From Escherichia coli (lineage in GTDB: Bacteria; Pseudomonadota; Gammaproteobacteria; Enterobacterales; Enterobacteriaceae): a stretch of DNA of 64,000 nt. The stretch lies in assembly GCF_024223415.1 (NCBI RefSeq), contig NZ_CP100500.1, one strand, 5' to 3'. This document shows, piece after piece, positions 31,629-41,637 of this stretch. The notes beneath the pieces were generated by a model that had not been told where the DNA came from, did no database searches, and was given only the letters and a program-made list of their open reading frames with translations. A program made the position numbers and the translations under genes. Position 1 is the stretch's first letter, and the number at the start of each line of letters is the position of its first letter.

Positions 31629-33062
31629 TCAGAGGTCAAAGTTAGGTGCGACATACCACGTTTTATCGTCCATAAGCTGTACAACTCTGTTTTGCTCATA
31701 CAGTAAATCCAGTAACCAGTTGAGTTTATCTTTTTTACGGAAACGATTCGGGCCACGCTGTAAAATGTCATTTTTTTTCATACAGGGAACCCCCTTCTCA
31801 ATGCAATAGCTTTTTATCCAGTTAAAAAGTTCAAGCTCCTCCGGAATGAGTCGCATAGTTACGGTCTGGGCAGAGTTTTCAAACGTTAACGGACTGGATA
31901 ACCGAATATACTCATTACCGTACCATATTGCTAATTCTCTCGCCATTTCAGCTGTGTAGGGGGAAATGTCACCTTCCTCACCGCTGACATGGTGAATAAG
32001 CCCAGCCAGTCTTGCCATATACTCTGCATTTTTAGCAGCATATTCTCTGAAGTCTCTTAAAGGCCCCAGAACCGCCATCTTCGATTCCACATCGTTGTAA
32101 TAGTCCGTCCAGATTCTGGCTGCCTGAGGAGAAAAGTGAAGGCAACGTCGCTCTCCCCTCATAGCCAGGCTTTCATCAATAAGTTCATTGATCCTCTTGT
32201 CAAATAACTCCTGATACTGTGATGAATAATTATCTCCGGTTATTATCCTTGTCCCCTGCGTTGATGTTGGTTGACACATCAAAAACCGTGCATGATGTCC
32301 TGATGTCTTCACCAGTTCTTTTTTTCGTGTACAAAAACCTTTGTGGTAAACATCAGGCTGAATCATCACCGATATCGTCAGTCTTGGGTCCTTCAAAAAA
32401 ATCCCGGGAGATGATTTCCTGTCGATGAAAAGGGAACTACCATCCCATAAAGAGTTAAGTATTCCCAGTTTGCTCATTGCCCGGCTGTCAAAAATCACCC
32501 CGCCCTCACTGGATACAAGAGCAAAAGAGCGATTGCTGTCGGAATAATATTTAAACATTCCCTCTGTCGTCGTATCATTAAAAATTGTCCGATTTATCTG
32601 CGGTGGAACAGGACAACTATTCAGATGCATTCTGAGCTCTGATTCTGTTGCTTCATACTCTTTACCGGCACGAATCTCTTTATGAAGTTTTGACTCCAGT
32701 GCCTTTTGTTTTTGCTCCCATATTTCCTTTTCTGCACTGTAATTCTCAACCAGTTTCGCATATTCTTCCGCAAGAGTTTCATCCCTGAGATAAAATGCTT
32801 TCATAAAAACTTTATCCACGGTCGTTTTCCTTTCGCCGGAATCAGCCAGAATCATAGCGTAAAGATTAGAGGGGCCACGTAAATTACCAGGTCTGCACAC
32901 ATCAATCTGATTCTGACAGGCAACTGACACCGCTGTTAATGCTGCTGTTGCAACCAGAGCCCCGGGCGCCTGTGTATTTTGCTGAGTTTCAATTATTGCA
33001 TTTCTCACCAGAGATGTTAATGCATTTATCGGAAAAGGGGCTTCCTGTTCAAGTAAGGACAT
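31629..33062 (-). CDS. DUF3987-type protein (YfjI-like)
   Basis: Position and composition match CP4-57 YfjI; start set at internal ATG 33062 (GAGG RBS); hairpin 31576-31606 downstream. Confidence 0.7.
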   Translation of the reverse strand: MSLLEQEAPFPINALTSLVRNAIIETQQNTQAPGALVATAALTAVSVACQNQIDVCRPGNLRGPSNLYAMILADSGERKTTVDKVFMKAFYLRDETLAEEYAKLVENYSAEKEIWEQKQKALESKLHKEIRAGKEYEATESELRMHLNSCPVPPQINRTIFNDTTTEGMFKYYSDSNRSFALVSSEGGVIFDSRAMSKLGILNSLWDGSSLFIDRKSSPGIFLKDPRLTISVMIQPDVYHKGFCTRKKELVKTSGHHARFLMCQPTSTQGTRIITGDNYSSQYQELFDKRINELIDESLAMRGERRCLHFSPQAARIWTDYYNDVESKMAVLGPLRDFREYAAKNAEYMARLAGLIHHVSGEEGDISPYTAEMARELAIWYGNEYIRLSSPLTFENSAQTVTMRLIPEELELFNWIKSYCIEKGVPCMKKNDILQRGPNRFRKKDKLNWLLDLLYEQNRVVQLMDDKTWYVAPNFDL

Positions 33063-33321
33063 AAATACCTCAATTTTAGTTAATAAATCAGTAAAGTAGC
33101 AGATATTCCCGCTATAATAGCCAAAATAGCTGCTATGCATAGCCGATATGTTCTGAAAAATACAGTAATCGGGCATACCTGATGTTGAACAAAACGATAA
33201 GGTTGATTCAATTCAGCCTGTATTATTAGCTACGTAACATCATTCACATTGCTCACTCCTGACATCTTCTGATGATTATTTCAACGACGCCTTATTCATG
33301 GTCGTTTTCCTTTTTCATGAA

Positions 33322-33543
33322 TCAAAAAACAACCATAGTGTAAATATTCATGGGTTCACGAAAATTATCTAATCTGCACACATTAGTCAGATCCTGACGG
33401 GAAATTGACATATCTGTTAATACTGGCATTGCCATCAGAGTCAGAGGTACTTGTTTATTATATTGAGCTTTAATCATTGCCTTTCCCATCATTAATGATC
33501 GCGCATATACTGAATACGGCGTATCCGGTTTTATGTAAGACAT
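33322..33543 (-). pseudogene. Truncated tandem duplicate of the YfjI-like N-terminus (73 aa)
   Basis: DNA and protein alignable with the first ~90 codons of 31629-33062 (…VCR..N.R.P.N.Y.M…), then frame break and stop. Confidence 0.5.
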
Positions 33544-33718
33544 AAATGCTTCCTTTGTCGTAATGCGTGTCGGTTATAGCAGCAATTACCGCTACAATAG
33601 CGACAATAGCTGCTCTTTCAACAATGAATGCTGGAAATTCTGTTTATCAATTAAACTTCTGGCTAAATTATTCTTATGCTTCTTTTTCCTCCTGAGGTGA
33701 TCACGTGATGACAAAAAC

Positions 33719-34015
33719 TTATCTGCTCATGGTCATATCTGAAGAAAGCGTATGTCGCACTTCGTCATTAACACCTTTTACTGCTGATCTGGCTGGTACA
33801 GTATGTAAAGTAAGCCATTCGTCAATAGCTGATGAACGCCAGCCCACAGAACCACTACCAAGACGTACCGGCCTTGGGAAGGTTGCATCGTAATATTTCG
33901 ATAACGGATTCATTTTTTCGTAAATTGTCGAACGAGATATACCTAACAATTGGCTCAGTTCAGGCATCCGTAAGATGCGTGAAGGAGTCCAGCAGTGTCC
34001 GGATTGATCTGGCAT
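33719..34015 (-). CDS. alpA: AlpA-family phage regulatory protein
   Basis: …ILRMPELSQLLGISRSTIYEKMNPLSKYYDATFPRPVRLGSGSVGWRSSAIDEWL… matches the AlpA fold; start at internal ATG. Confidence 0.7.
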   Translation of the reverse strand: MPDQSGHCWTPSRILRMPELSQLLGISRSTIYEKMNPLSKYYDATFPRPVRLGSGSVGWRSSAIDEWLTLHTVPARSAVKGVNDEVRHTLSSDMTMSR

Positions 34016-34223
34016 TTTATCCCCCTTAGTGTGGTGAACTGTCGTTACAGTTTGTATTCCTCGGGTAAATTTTTCTGCGTAAAAAAATGGGTTGAGCAAA
34101 AAGACAATAAACAACTAAAAATCAATATGATAGGAAACAACAGCATTATTGTTATTTTACTTTTCCCTTATCGCTGTCGATTCTCATTATCATTCATGGC
34201 AAAAAAACAGTAAAAGAGGCCCT

Positions 34224-34971
34224 AGTAATGACTCCGGTCAGTAGTACATGTGCTTCGATAAATGAACCAATGGCTTTTCGTTAATTTCCACGGAGCGTGA
34301 AAAGCAAATCGTTTTCAGGGATGGGAGTTTGATGTGAGTACGAAGTATCAGATTGTTGCGCTCAATGCGCCGGGTAAATATCCTGCCGACAGGATGCTTA
34401 TCCTGTGGTACTTCTCTGGTATAACTGCACCAGTTTTCACTGGTTATCATGCCTGAGGAGAATGGCTTCAGAAGTTCCGGCAACTCACTACATGTTTCAT
34501 CAGTACGAGGACCAAAAGTGTAAGCCCGCACACCGCCAGATTTGGTGTTATACGCATACCAGAGCCAGTGCTGACGAGCTTTGTTTCCGACAAAGCTCCA
34601 TTGTTCATCAAGTTCGCATATAAGCGCCACATCGGCACTGGCGACTGGAGATGTGGTTACTTTGCATGGTGAGCGTTTTTTAAAGTGCGAATGACTGTGT
34701 TGATACCCACCTTCAGTGTTCTGGAGGTATCGCGAACCCCGGTTCCGTTATGAGCCATTTCAACGATTTGCTCTTTAACACTTGGTTTTCGGGCTTCGCA
34801 GGTGTAATTCAGTTGAAATACACGTTTGCAGGAGCGGCACTGGAAACAGTGCTGTGACCGTGACGGTACACTTTATCGGAATTACAGCGGGGACAATGTA
34901 CGGTAACTGTTGCCATATGGACTCCGGATACCAACAGAATACCCCATTAATCTGCCCCCGGAAGTCATCCC
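34224..34971 (-). mobile_element. IS1-family insertion sequence, divergent copy with frameshifted insA
   Basis: Terminus AGTAATGACTCC at 34224-34235; InsA-like start at 34916; A6C frameshift motif before insB'. Confidence 0.7.
34238..34630 (-). CDS. insB: IS1 transposase InsB' segment
   Basis: ICELDEQWSFVGNKARQHWLWYAYN…RTHIKLPSLKTICFSRSVEINEK matches IS1 InsB. Confidence 0.75.
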   Translation of the reverse strand: MALICELDEQWSFVGNKARQHWLWYAYNTKSGGVRAYTFGPRTDETCSELPELLKPFSSGMITSENWCSYTREVPQDKHPVGRIFTRRIERNNLILRTHIKLPSLKTICFSRSVEINEKPLVHLSKHMYY

Positions 34972-35111
34972 GGTGCCTTCTGACATAATCTGTTAATACA
35001 TGAATTATTGCCCTGTTCAGAAAATATTAATTAAAAAATGAAAACCAGTTAACAGAAAAGCCACATGACATAATGTTAAAATTTTATATCGTGCAATAAA
35101 AGGAGAATGTT

Positions 35112-36938
35112 ATGTACAATTTTATCACTATAATGTATGATGTCTTTTCATGTTTTGGTGTTCTGGCTAAAAACCAGAATATCCGTGACATCCGAAATAT
35201 TAAAAACTTTTCCTCACATCAACATTCACTGGCCGACATGTTTGATGAATTAACATACATTATTGACAAAGAACAGGTACTGAGCACAGAACAACGAAAA
35301 GTTATATTCAGGAGATATGAAGATCTGTATGTTAAACTCATGCACTATTCTGTTTTTACAGACAAAACACATCAAATAATAAAACAAAAATATTTTAATG
35401 ATGTTGTTCCAATGATTCTCGCGCTCGACATCAGGAACACATATCGCCCGGATAATGAGATGGCATTTTACTATCATATCCATTCTTTTCTCACTCAGAT
35501 ACCGGATAATGAGGATGATATATATCATGCTGTAAGGACATATATGAGAAATTATGTTAAGTTATGTTTATCCGGATACACACCAACGAATGCGCATTTC
35601 AAAAATATCTTTGATGGAGTATATGAATTCATTCGTAATATTCGCAAAAACAGTACACCCGGAAAAACAAAACTTATTGCAGCTATCAACATATGCAAAG
35701 AAGCCTGTAAATATCTGCTTTGTTTAAGTGATAAAGACAAGGAAATAATATTTTCCGACTTAGATAAAATTCAGGTTGCATGTTATTCTCTCACTATATT
35801 ACTGGCTTTCGAAAGACGAACATCATTAACAAGTAACCTGGCAACTTTATATAAAATGCTGATAAACGAAAGAGAAGTTTCAGAATATGAATGTCAGCAA
35901 TTATATTTAATCAACCCAATAGATGTAATGAATATACTGAACAAATACATATATTACTTCCCTGGTGAGAATTCACCTCTTTATACACTGAAAATTGACA
36001 GTGCATTATCGTGGGATGCCATTGATGCAATACGAGACTATAGTATTTCTGATATTTATCTTTATCCTGAACAAAAAACAATAAATTGTATCGTTGAGAT
36101 TGAAAACATTGTCTTTGGCGGTTACATTTATACATTGAGCGACGGCGTCACATTACAAAATATGGAAAACACTTTAAAAGATTCCTCATGTCATTATGTA
36201 TTAAATGGCTATACAGAATTTGTTAACTGTTTAAGACAACTTACTTCAGGAAAGACTGAAAGTGTTCAGCGTACCATTAATAAACTGGAGTACGAAAAAT
36301 TACCTTTTGGATTTATCATTGCCGCGTTTGCTATATTAAAAATAGCATTTAAGATAAAGTTCAGTAAAAATCATGTAAATACCAGGGCATTATTAAATGA
36401 CATCAGTTATTTTATGACTTATCAGGGCGAGTCCATTAATCTTATTTCACTGGATCATGAATATCCAGAGTTCCGTCTTCAAAATGACACAAATACATAT
36501 TTATTGGGAAGGATGATATTTCTATATAACTCAATGATCTATAAATTCAGAAACTGCCAGGAACATGAAACCAATAACATTAACTCAGTTATGATAAATA
36601 ACCTATTACAGGAAGTTGATATAGCCCTTGGTAAAATAAATGACATTATAGACAGCAGAAACATATCAGTCCCCCATGAACTGGCAAATATTCTTATCCA
36701 CGAAAAAATACTTACAACACGTGAAAAAAAAGGAAACCTGATAAGCCTGTTTGATGGATTCACTTTATTCCATTGTGTTGGAATGATAACCTTTCTTATC
36801 CATTACCTCAGAACTCCTGAAGAAAAAGTAGAAAATGTATTTATGTTATATGGTGCAGATAAAAACAATAAACTACGCAGAAGACTGATTTATGATGCAC
36901 TAGAAATAATTCAGTCTCAGCAGGAGATGAAACCTTAA
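35112..36938 (+). CDS. Hypothetical protein, 608 aa, AT-rich orphan (no recognisable domain)
   Basis: AAGGAG six nt upstream of the ATG; composition far more AT-rich than flanks; hairpin 36962-36986 downstream. Confidence 0.8.
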   Translation: MYNFITIMYDVFSCFGVLAKNQNIRDIRNIKNFSSHQHSLADMFDELTYIIDKEQVLSTEQRKVIFRRYEDLYVKLMHYSVFTDKTHQIIKQKYFNDVVPMILALDIRNTYRPDNEMAFYYHIHSFLTQIPDNEDDIYHAVRTYMRNYVKLCLSGYTPTNAHFKNIFDGVYEFIRNIRKNSTPGKTKLIAAINICKEACKYLLCLSDKDKEIIFSDLDKIQVACYSLTILLAFERRTSLTSNLATLYKMLINEREVSEYECQQLYLINPIDVMNILNKYIYYFPGENSPLYTLKIDSALSWDAIDAIRDYSISDIYLYPEQKTINCIVEIENIVFGGYIYTLSDGVTLQNMENTLKDSSCHYVLNGYTEFVNCLRQLTSGKTESVQRTINKLEYEKLPFGFIIAAFAILKIAFKIKFSKNHVNTRALLNDISYFMTYQGESINLISLDHEYPEFRLQNDTNTYLLGRMIFLYNSMIYKFRNCQEHETNNINSVMINNLLQEVDIALGKINDIIDSRNISVPHELANILIHEKILTTREKKGNLISLFDGFTLFHCVGMITFLIHYLRTPEEKVENVFMLYGADKNNKLRRRLIYDALEIIQSQQEMKP

Positions 36939-36961
36939 ACAGGAAAATTATTTTTTATAAA

Positions 36962-36986
36962 CAGGGGATTATTGAGTAATCCCCTG
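36962..36986. terminator. Hairpin CAGGGGATTA-N5-TAATCCCCTG between the convergent 608-aa ORF and int
   Basis: Perfect 10-bp inverted repeat; T-run on the minus-strand side. Confidence 0.5.
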
Positions 36987-37122
36987 CTCATCAAAACCCA
37001 CTTTCCTGACAATCTGATAACTATCAGCTCAATACATTTGACATAAAAGAGATCCCTTAATTATTACCGTTACGGTCACAATCACATATCAAATCATGAT
37101 TGTACAATATACATTTTCACTA

Positions 37123-38325
37123 TTATTTATTCATAATCTGAGACATCACATAATCCGCCCATGCCTGCATCATCGGTACACGCTGCTCCAGTAGATCAGT
37201 ACGATGATATGCCGCCTCAACCTTATTTTTCAGCGTATGAGCGAGCGCCCTTTCAGCCAGATCCCGCGAATACCCCTGCTCACTACACCAGTCCCTGAAT
37301 GTTGAACGAAAACCATGTGCCGTGGCGACTCGCCCCGGAATATCACTGACGGCTTTCTTTTTACGCAGAAAACTGGTCAACACCATATCTGAAAGGATCT
37401 GCTGCTTTCTGGGTGAAGGAAACACCAGTTCATCATGCAGACCACGTATATTTTCCAGAATGTAAATAGCCTGTCGGGATAAAGGAACACGATGCTGTAC
37501 CCTGGCTTTCATTCTTTCTGCTGGTATCGTCCATATCTGCTTATGAAAATCAATTTCAGTCCAGCGCATTCCCCTGGCTTCACCCGAGCGGGTTGCTGTA
37601 AGTATCACCATTAATAACAATGCGCGGGTAACATTATAGGGTTCATCGGTATACACACTGGTCGCCACAAAAAGCGGTAACTGCCTCCATGGCATTGCGG
37701 GTTGGTGTTCATCACGTCCTCTTGTCTGCTGGGGAAGCAAATGATCAACCACATCCACAGGATTTGCCACACAAAAACCATGTGCCCATCCCCACTGCAT
37801 AACAACATGAATGCGCTGTTTAACCCGGCTTGCCGTTTCTGACAAAGTTAACCAGACTGGCCGCAGTGTTTCTGCCACGTCCGCAGCCGTAATCGAATCC
37901 AGCGTTTTCGCTCCCAGTTGAGGAAAGGCGTAATTCTCAAGCGTCGATAACCACTGCCGGACATGCTTTGGATTTTCCCATCCAGGAGACAGTTCTGCAT
38001 GTACACGTCTGGCTGCATCGGCAAATGTTGGGATAACAACTTTTTCAGCCTCAGCCTTTTTAATCTCCAGAGGATCATCACCAGCAGCAAGTTGCTCTCG
38101 CATTATCCGGGCAGTACGTGCAGCTTCAGCAATGCTGATCTCAGGGTAAGTTCCCAATCCAGCATTACGCCTTTTTTGTGTCACCGGACTTACATAACGA
38201 AAAACCCATTTACCCCGACCCTTTACTGAAGAAGGATGAAGGGTCAGTCCTGTAATTCCCCCATGGGGCAATGGTTTGTCATCAGGTTTGATATGCCTTG
38301 CTTTCGTATCCGTCAATACTGCCAT
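37123..38325 (-). CDS. int: Tyrosine-type site-specific integrase (P4/CP4-57 IntA-like)
   Basis: IntA-like N-terminus and C-terminal catalytic region (…HGFRSTFRDW…, …LAHTLKNKVEAAYHR…). Confidence 0.9.
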   Translation of the reverse strand: MAVLTDTKARHIKPDDKPLPHGGITGLTLHPSSVKGRGKWVFRYVSPVTQKRRNAGLGTYPEISIAEAARTARIMREQLAAGDDPLEIKKAEAEKVVIPTFADAARRVHAELSPGWENPKHVRQWLSTLENYAFPQLGAKTLDSITAADVAETLRPVWLTLSETASRVKQRIHVVMQWGWAHGFCVANPVDVVDHLLPQQTRGRDEHQPAMPWRQLPLFVATSVYTDEPYNVTRALLLMVILTATRSGEARGMRWTEIDFHKQIWTIPAERMKARVQHRVPLSRQAIYILENIRGLHDELVFPSPRKQQILSDMVLTSFLRKKKAVSDIPGRVATAHGFRSTFRDWCSEQGYSRDLAERALAHTLKNKVEAAYHRTDLLEQRVPMMQAWADYVMSQIMNK

Positions 38326-38343
38326 ACGCTAATTCCTGTTACT

Positions 38344-38367
38344 CTGGTATGCCATCTGGTATGCCAT
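38344..38367. repeat. Tandem 12-bp direct repeat CTGGTATGCCAT x2 upstream of int
   Basis: Two exact adjacent copies; possible integrase arm-type or promoter element. Confidence 0.5.
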
Positions 38368-38485
38368 TATCTTCACGCTTCAGTCAGAATACAGTAGATG
38401 ACATCAGACAGTAAAATATGCAATATACTGTTTATAATCAAATTTTATGACACAACAGGACTCATTCAGATTCATTTCAGGCGGT

Positions 38486-38499
38486 CCCCCTCACCGCCA
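38486..38499 (+). other. 3' remnant of tRNA-Ser (serW-type att core)
   Basis: CCCCCTCACCGCCA matches the last 14 nt of E. coli tRNA-Ser(GGA); the remainder of the tRNA is absent upstream. Confidence 0.5.
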
Positions 38500-38500
38500 T

Positions 38501-38540
38501 ATTTAAAGAAGAGCTCGTACGAAAGTGCGAGCTTTTTTTT
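38501..38540 (+). terminator. Rho-independent terminator after the tRNA remnant
   Basis: GAGCTCG-N10-CGAGC followed by a nine-T run. Confidence 0.6.
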
Positions 38541-38543
38541 TCG

Positions 38544-38692
38544 CATTTTATCTGCCTGTACGGCAGTGAACATGGTGGGCGGGTGGAGTATGTTACCAGT
38601 GAATTTCTAAGCTGCCTGTACGGCAGTGAACGTTTGCTGCAACCGCTAGCCAAGACGGTAGGTTTTTCTAAGCTGCCTGTACGGCAGTGAAC
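38544..38692 (-). CRISPR. Orphan type I-F CRISPR mini-array (3 repeats, 2 spacers, no cas genes in window)
   Basis: Two exact copies of TTTCTAAGCTGCCTGTACGGCAGTGAAC (38604-38631, 38665-38692) plus a degenerate copy ending at 38571; spacers of 32-33 bp. Confidence 0.8.
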
Positions 38693-38850
38693 TCAAATAC
38701 TACACGTTTAGCCCGTTGTTAATAAAGCAAAACCATCCCATTCTCCTGCAGCACCCTTTTTTATCCTTACCTTCCAGCAGCACTAATTATCAACAACTTA
38801 CCTTCACCTCCAAAAATAGGGTTTTCACCGTTCCACCCCATAAATAAAAA

Positions 38851-38878
38851 GTCCGTAACCTCTTTCGAGATTACGGAC
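38851..38878 (-). terminator. clpA rho-independent terminator
   Basis: GTCCGTAA…TTACGGAC hairpin just downstream of the clpA stop, with a T-run on the minus strand. Confidence 0.6.
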
Positions 38879-38903
38879 TTCACCAACCTACCTGACAATC
38901 AGA

Positions 38904-41180
38904 TTAATGCGCTGCTTCCGCCTTGTGCTTTTGTGCACTCTGAAATCCGTAAGTCAGCTCATTTTTCTCTTTATCCAGCGCGACGGTGACCTGACCGCCG
39001 TCCACCAGCGAACCAAACAGCAGTTCGTTGGCAAGCGGTTTTTTCAGGTTGTCCTGGATGACACGCGCCATCGGACGAGCGCCCATTGCCCGGTCGTAAC
39101 CTTTCTCGGCCAGCCAGTTACGCGCTTCCTGGCTCACTTCCAGAGAAACACCTTTCTGATCCAGCTGAACCTGCAACTCGACGATGAATTTATCCACCAC
39201 CTGATGGATCACGTCAGTTGACAGATGATCGAACCAGATAATGTTGTCGAGACGGTTACGGAATTCCGGTGTAAAGATCTTCTTGATCTCTTCCATCGCA
39301 TCGGTGCTGTTATCCTGGTGGATAAGACCAATGGATTTGCGCTCAGTTTCCCGTACCCCGGCGTTAGTGGTCATCACCAGTACCACGTTACGGAAGTCCG
39401 CTTTGCGTCCGTTGTTATCGGTCAGCGTACCGTTGTCCATCACCTGCAACAGAATATTGAACACGTCCGGATGCGCTTTCTCGATTTCGTCCAGCAGCAG
39501 CACCGCATGTGGATGCTTGATGACCGCATCAGTCAGCAAACCGCCCTGATCAAAACCAACGTATCCCGGAGGCGCACCAATCAGACGGCTGACGGTATGG
39601 CGTTCCATATACTCGGACATATCAAAGCGCAGAAGCTCAATGCCCAAAGCTTTCGAAAGCTGTACCGTCACCTCTGTTTTCCCGACCCCGGTAGGACCGG
39701 CAAACAGGAACGAACCGACCGGTTTATGTTCGTGACCTAAACCTGCACGCGCCATCTTAATGGCTTCAGTCAGCGCCTCAATGGCTTTATCCTGACCGAA
39801 GACCAGCATTTTCAGGCGATCGCCGAGGTTTTTCAGGGTATCGCGGTCACTCTGAGAAACACTCTTCTCTGGAATGCGTGCAATACGGGCCACCACGGAC
39901 TCAATATCCGCCACATTAACGGTTTTCTTGCGTTTGCTTACCGGCATCAGGCGTGCGCGAGCGCCCGCTTCGTCGATAACATCAATCGCTTTATCCGGCA
40001 GATGACGATCGTTAATGTATTTCACCGCCAGCTCTACCGCCGCACGCACCGCTTTTGCGGTATAACGCACGTCGTGGTGCGCTTCATACTTCGGTTTCAG
40101 GCCATTGATGATTTGAACAGTTTCTTCGATCGACGGTTCAGTAATATCAATTTTCTGGAAGCGACGCGCCAGAGCACGGTCTTTCTCGAAAATGTTGCTG
40201 AACTCCTGATAGGTTGTCGAACCAATTACGCGAATTTTACCGCTGGAGAGCAACGGTTTGATTAGGTTAGCCGCATCGACCTGACCACCAGACGCTGCAC
40301 CCGCACCGATAATGGTGTGGATCTCATCAATAAACAGGATGCTGTTAGTGTCCTGCTCCAGCTGCTTGAGCAACGCTTTAAAACGTTTTTCAAAGTCGCC
40401 GCGATATTTTGTGCCCGCTAACAGAGAACCGATATCGAGAGAGTAAATCGTACAGTCAGCCATCACTTCCGGCACATCGCCCTGAACAATTCGCCAGGCA
40501 AGACCTTCTGCAATCGCGGTTTTACCGACACCAGATTCCCCCACTAGCAGCGGGTTGTTTTTACGGCGACGGCAGAGAACCTGAATAGCACGCTCCAGCT
40601 CCTTCTCACGACCAATCAGTGGGTCGATTCCGCCCACGCGCGCAAGCTGATTCAGGTTCGTCGTGAAATTCTCCATACGTTCCTCCCCACCAGCTTGTTC
40701 TTCGCTGTTTGGCTGGCTGCCAGGATCAGAAGACTGTGTCGGCTCGTCTTTACGCGTGCCATGAGAGATAAAGTTCACCACATCGAGACGGCTGACTTCA
40801 TGTTTACGCAACAGATATGCCGCCTGCGACTCCTGTTCGCTAAAGATAGCGACCAGAACGTTTGCACCGGTAACCTCATTGCGACCGGAGGACTGGACAT
40901 GGAAGACCGCACGTTGCAGTACACGCTGAAAACTCAGCGTCGGCTGTGTGTCGCGCTCCTCTTCACTGGCAGGCAGAACGGGTGTGGTTTGTTCAATAAA
41001 GGCTTCCAGTTCCTGACGGAGCGCAACCAAATCCACAGAACACGCTTCCAGCGCCTCCCGGGCAGATGGGTTACTGAGCAGCGCCAGTAACAAGTGCTCG
41101 ACGGTCATAAACTCATGACGGTGCTCGCGCGCTCTGGCGAAAGCCATATTTAAACTGAGTTCCAGTTCTTGATTGAGCAT
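38904..41180 (-). CDS. clpA: ATP-dependent Clp protease ATP-binding subunit ClpA
   Basis: Matches E. coli ClpA throughout as recalled ([24 protein letters not shown]…); two AAA+ modules. Confidence 0.95.
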   Translation of the reverse strand: MLNQELELSLNMAFARAREHRHEFMTVEHLLLALLSNPSAREALEACSVDLVALRQELEAFIEQTTPVLPASEEERDTQPTLSFQRVLQRAVFHVQSSGRNEVTGANVLVAIFSEQESQAAYLLRKHEVSRLDVVNFISHGTRKDEPTQSSDPGSQPNSEEQAGGEERMENFTTNLNQLARVGGIDPLIGREKELERAIQVLCRRRKNNPLLVGESGVGKTAIAEGLAWRIVQGDVPEVMADCTIYSLDIGSLLAGTKYRGDFEKRFKALLKQLEQDTNSILFIDEIHTIIGAGAASGGQVDAANLIKPLLSSGKIRVIGSTTYQEFSNIFEKDRALARRFQKIDITEPSIEETVQIINGLKPKYEAHHDVRYTAKAVRAAVELAVKYINDRHLPDKAIDVIDEAGARARLMPVSKRKKTVNVADIESVVARIARIPEKSVSQSDRDTLKNLGDRLKMLVFGQDKAIEALTEAIKMARAGLGHEHKPVGSFLFAGPTGVGKTEVTVQLSKALGIELLRFDMSEYMERHTVSRLIGAPPGYVGFDQGGLLTDAVIKHPHAVLLLDEIEKAHPDVFNILLQVMDNGTLTDNNGRKADFRNVVLVMTTNAGVRETERKSIGLIHQDNSTDAMEEIKKIFTPEFRNRLDNIIWFDHLSTDVIHQVVDKFIVELQVQLDQKGVSLEVSQEARNWLAEKGYDRAMGARPMARVIQDNLKKPLANELLFGSLVDGGQVTVALDKEKNELTYGFQSAQKHKAEAAH

Positions 41181-41210
41181 AGGCACCTCCCCCAATTTTT
41201 ATGCCTGCAT

Positions 41211-41531
41211 TCAGGCTTTTTCTAGCGTACACAGCAATGGATGCTCATTCTCCCTCGCGTACTTGTTCACCATCGCCACTTTGGTTTCTGCAACCTCGGC
41301 GGTAAAGACTCCGCAAATGGCCTTCCCCTGGTAGTGAACAGCGAGCATCAATTGCGTTGCACGTTCTACATCATAAGAAAAGAATTTTTGTAACACGTCA
41401 ATAACAAACTCCATCGGAGTGTAATCATCATTGACTAATATCACTTTATACATAGATGGCGGTTTTAGCGCGTCGCGAACTTTTTCTTCCGCCAGTTGAT
41501 CAAAGTCCAGCCAGTCGTTCGTTTTACCCAT
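41211..41531 (-). CDS. clpS: ClpS adaptor protein
   Basis: 106 aa matching E. coli ClpS ([43 protein letters not shown]…). Confidence 0.95.
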
Positions 41532-41615
41532 TGTCAGTTATCATCTTCGGTTACGGTTATCGGCAGAACGCCCTGCCGCTGACAAGAGCTTATTTGCCTG
41601 ACCAATCTACTCCAC

Positions 41616-41637
41616 ATGATAGATAACTATCATTTAT
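41616..41637. repeat. Left attachment-site direct repeat ATGATAGATAACTATCATTTAT
   Basis: Matches the right repeat at 52086-52107 at 20 of 22 positions. Confidence 0.6.

Larger units (their letters stand above)
26085..38499. mobile_element. CP4-57-like integrative element at a serW-type att site (right end defined; left boundary not resolved)
   Basis: int, alpA, DUF3987, HUH Gp2-like and helicase genes in CP4-57-like order; right end at tRNA-Ser 3' remnant. Confidence 0.45.

Noticed and set aside
34782-34988. 68-aa plus-strand ORF inside IS1
   Set aside because: Antisense to the IS1 insA region; the IS1 coding strand is the minus strand here
38330-38500. Possible intact tRNA-Ser gene next to the integrase
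   Set aside because: Only the last 14 nt of the tRNA match; the upstream sequence does not form the T-arm or acceptor stem, so it is called an att remnant rather than a tRNA gene
38544-41200. Type I-F cas genes expected beside the CRISPR repeats
   Set aside because: No Cas1, Cas2-3 or Csy-like ORF is present; the array abuts the clpA terminator directly, so it is called an orphan array
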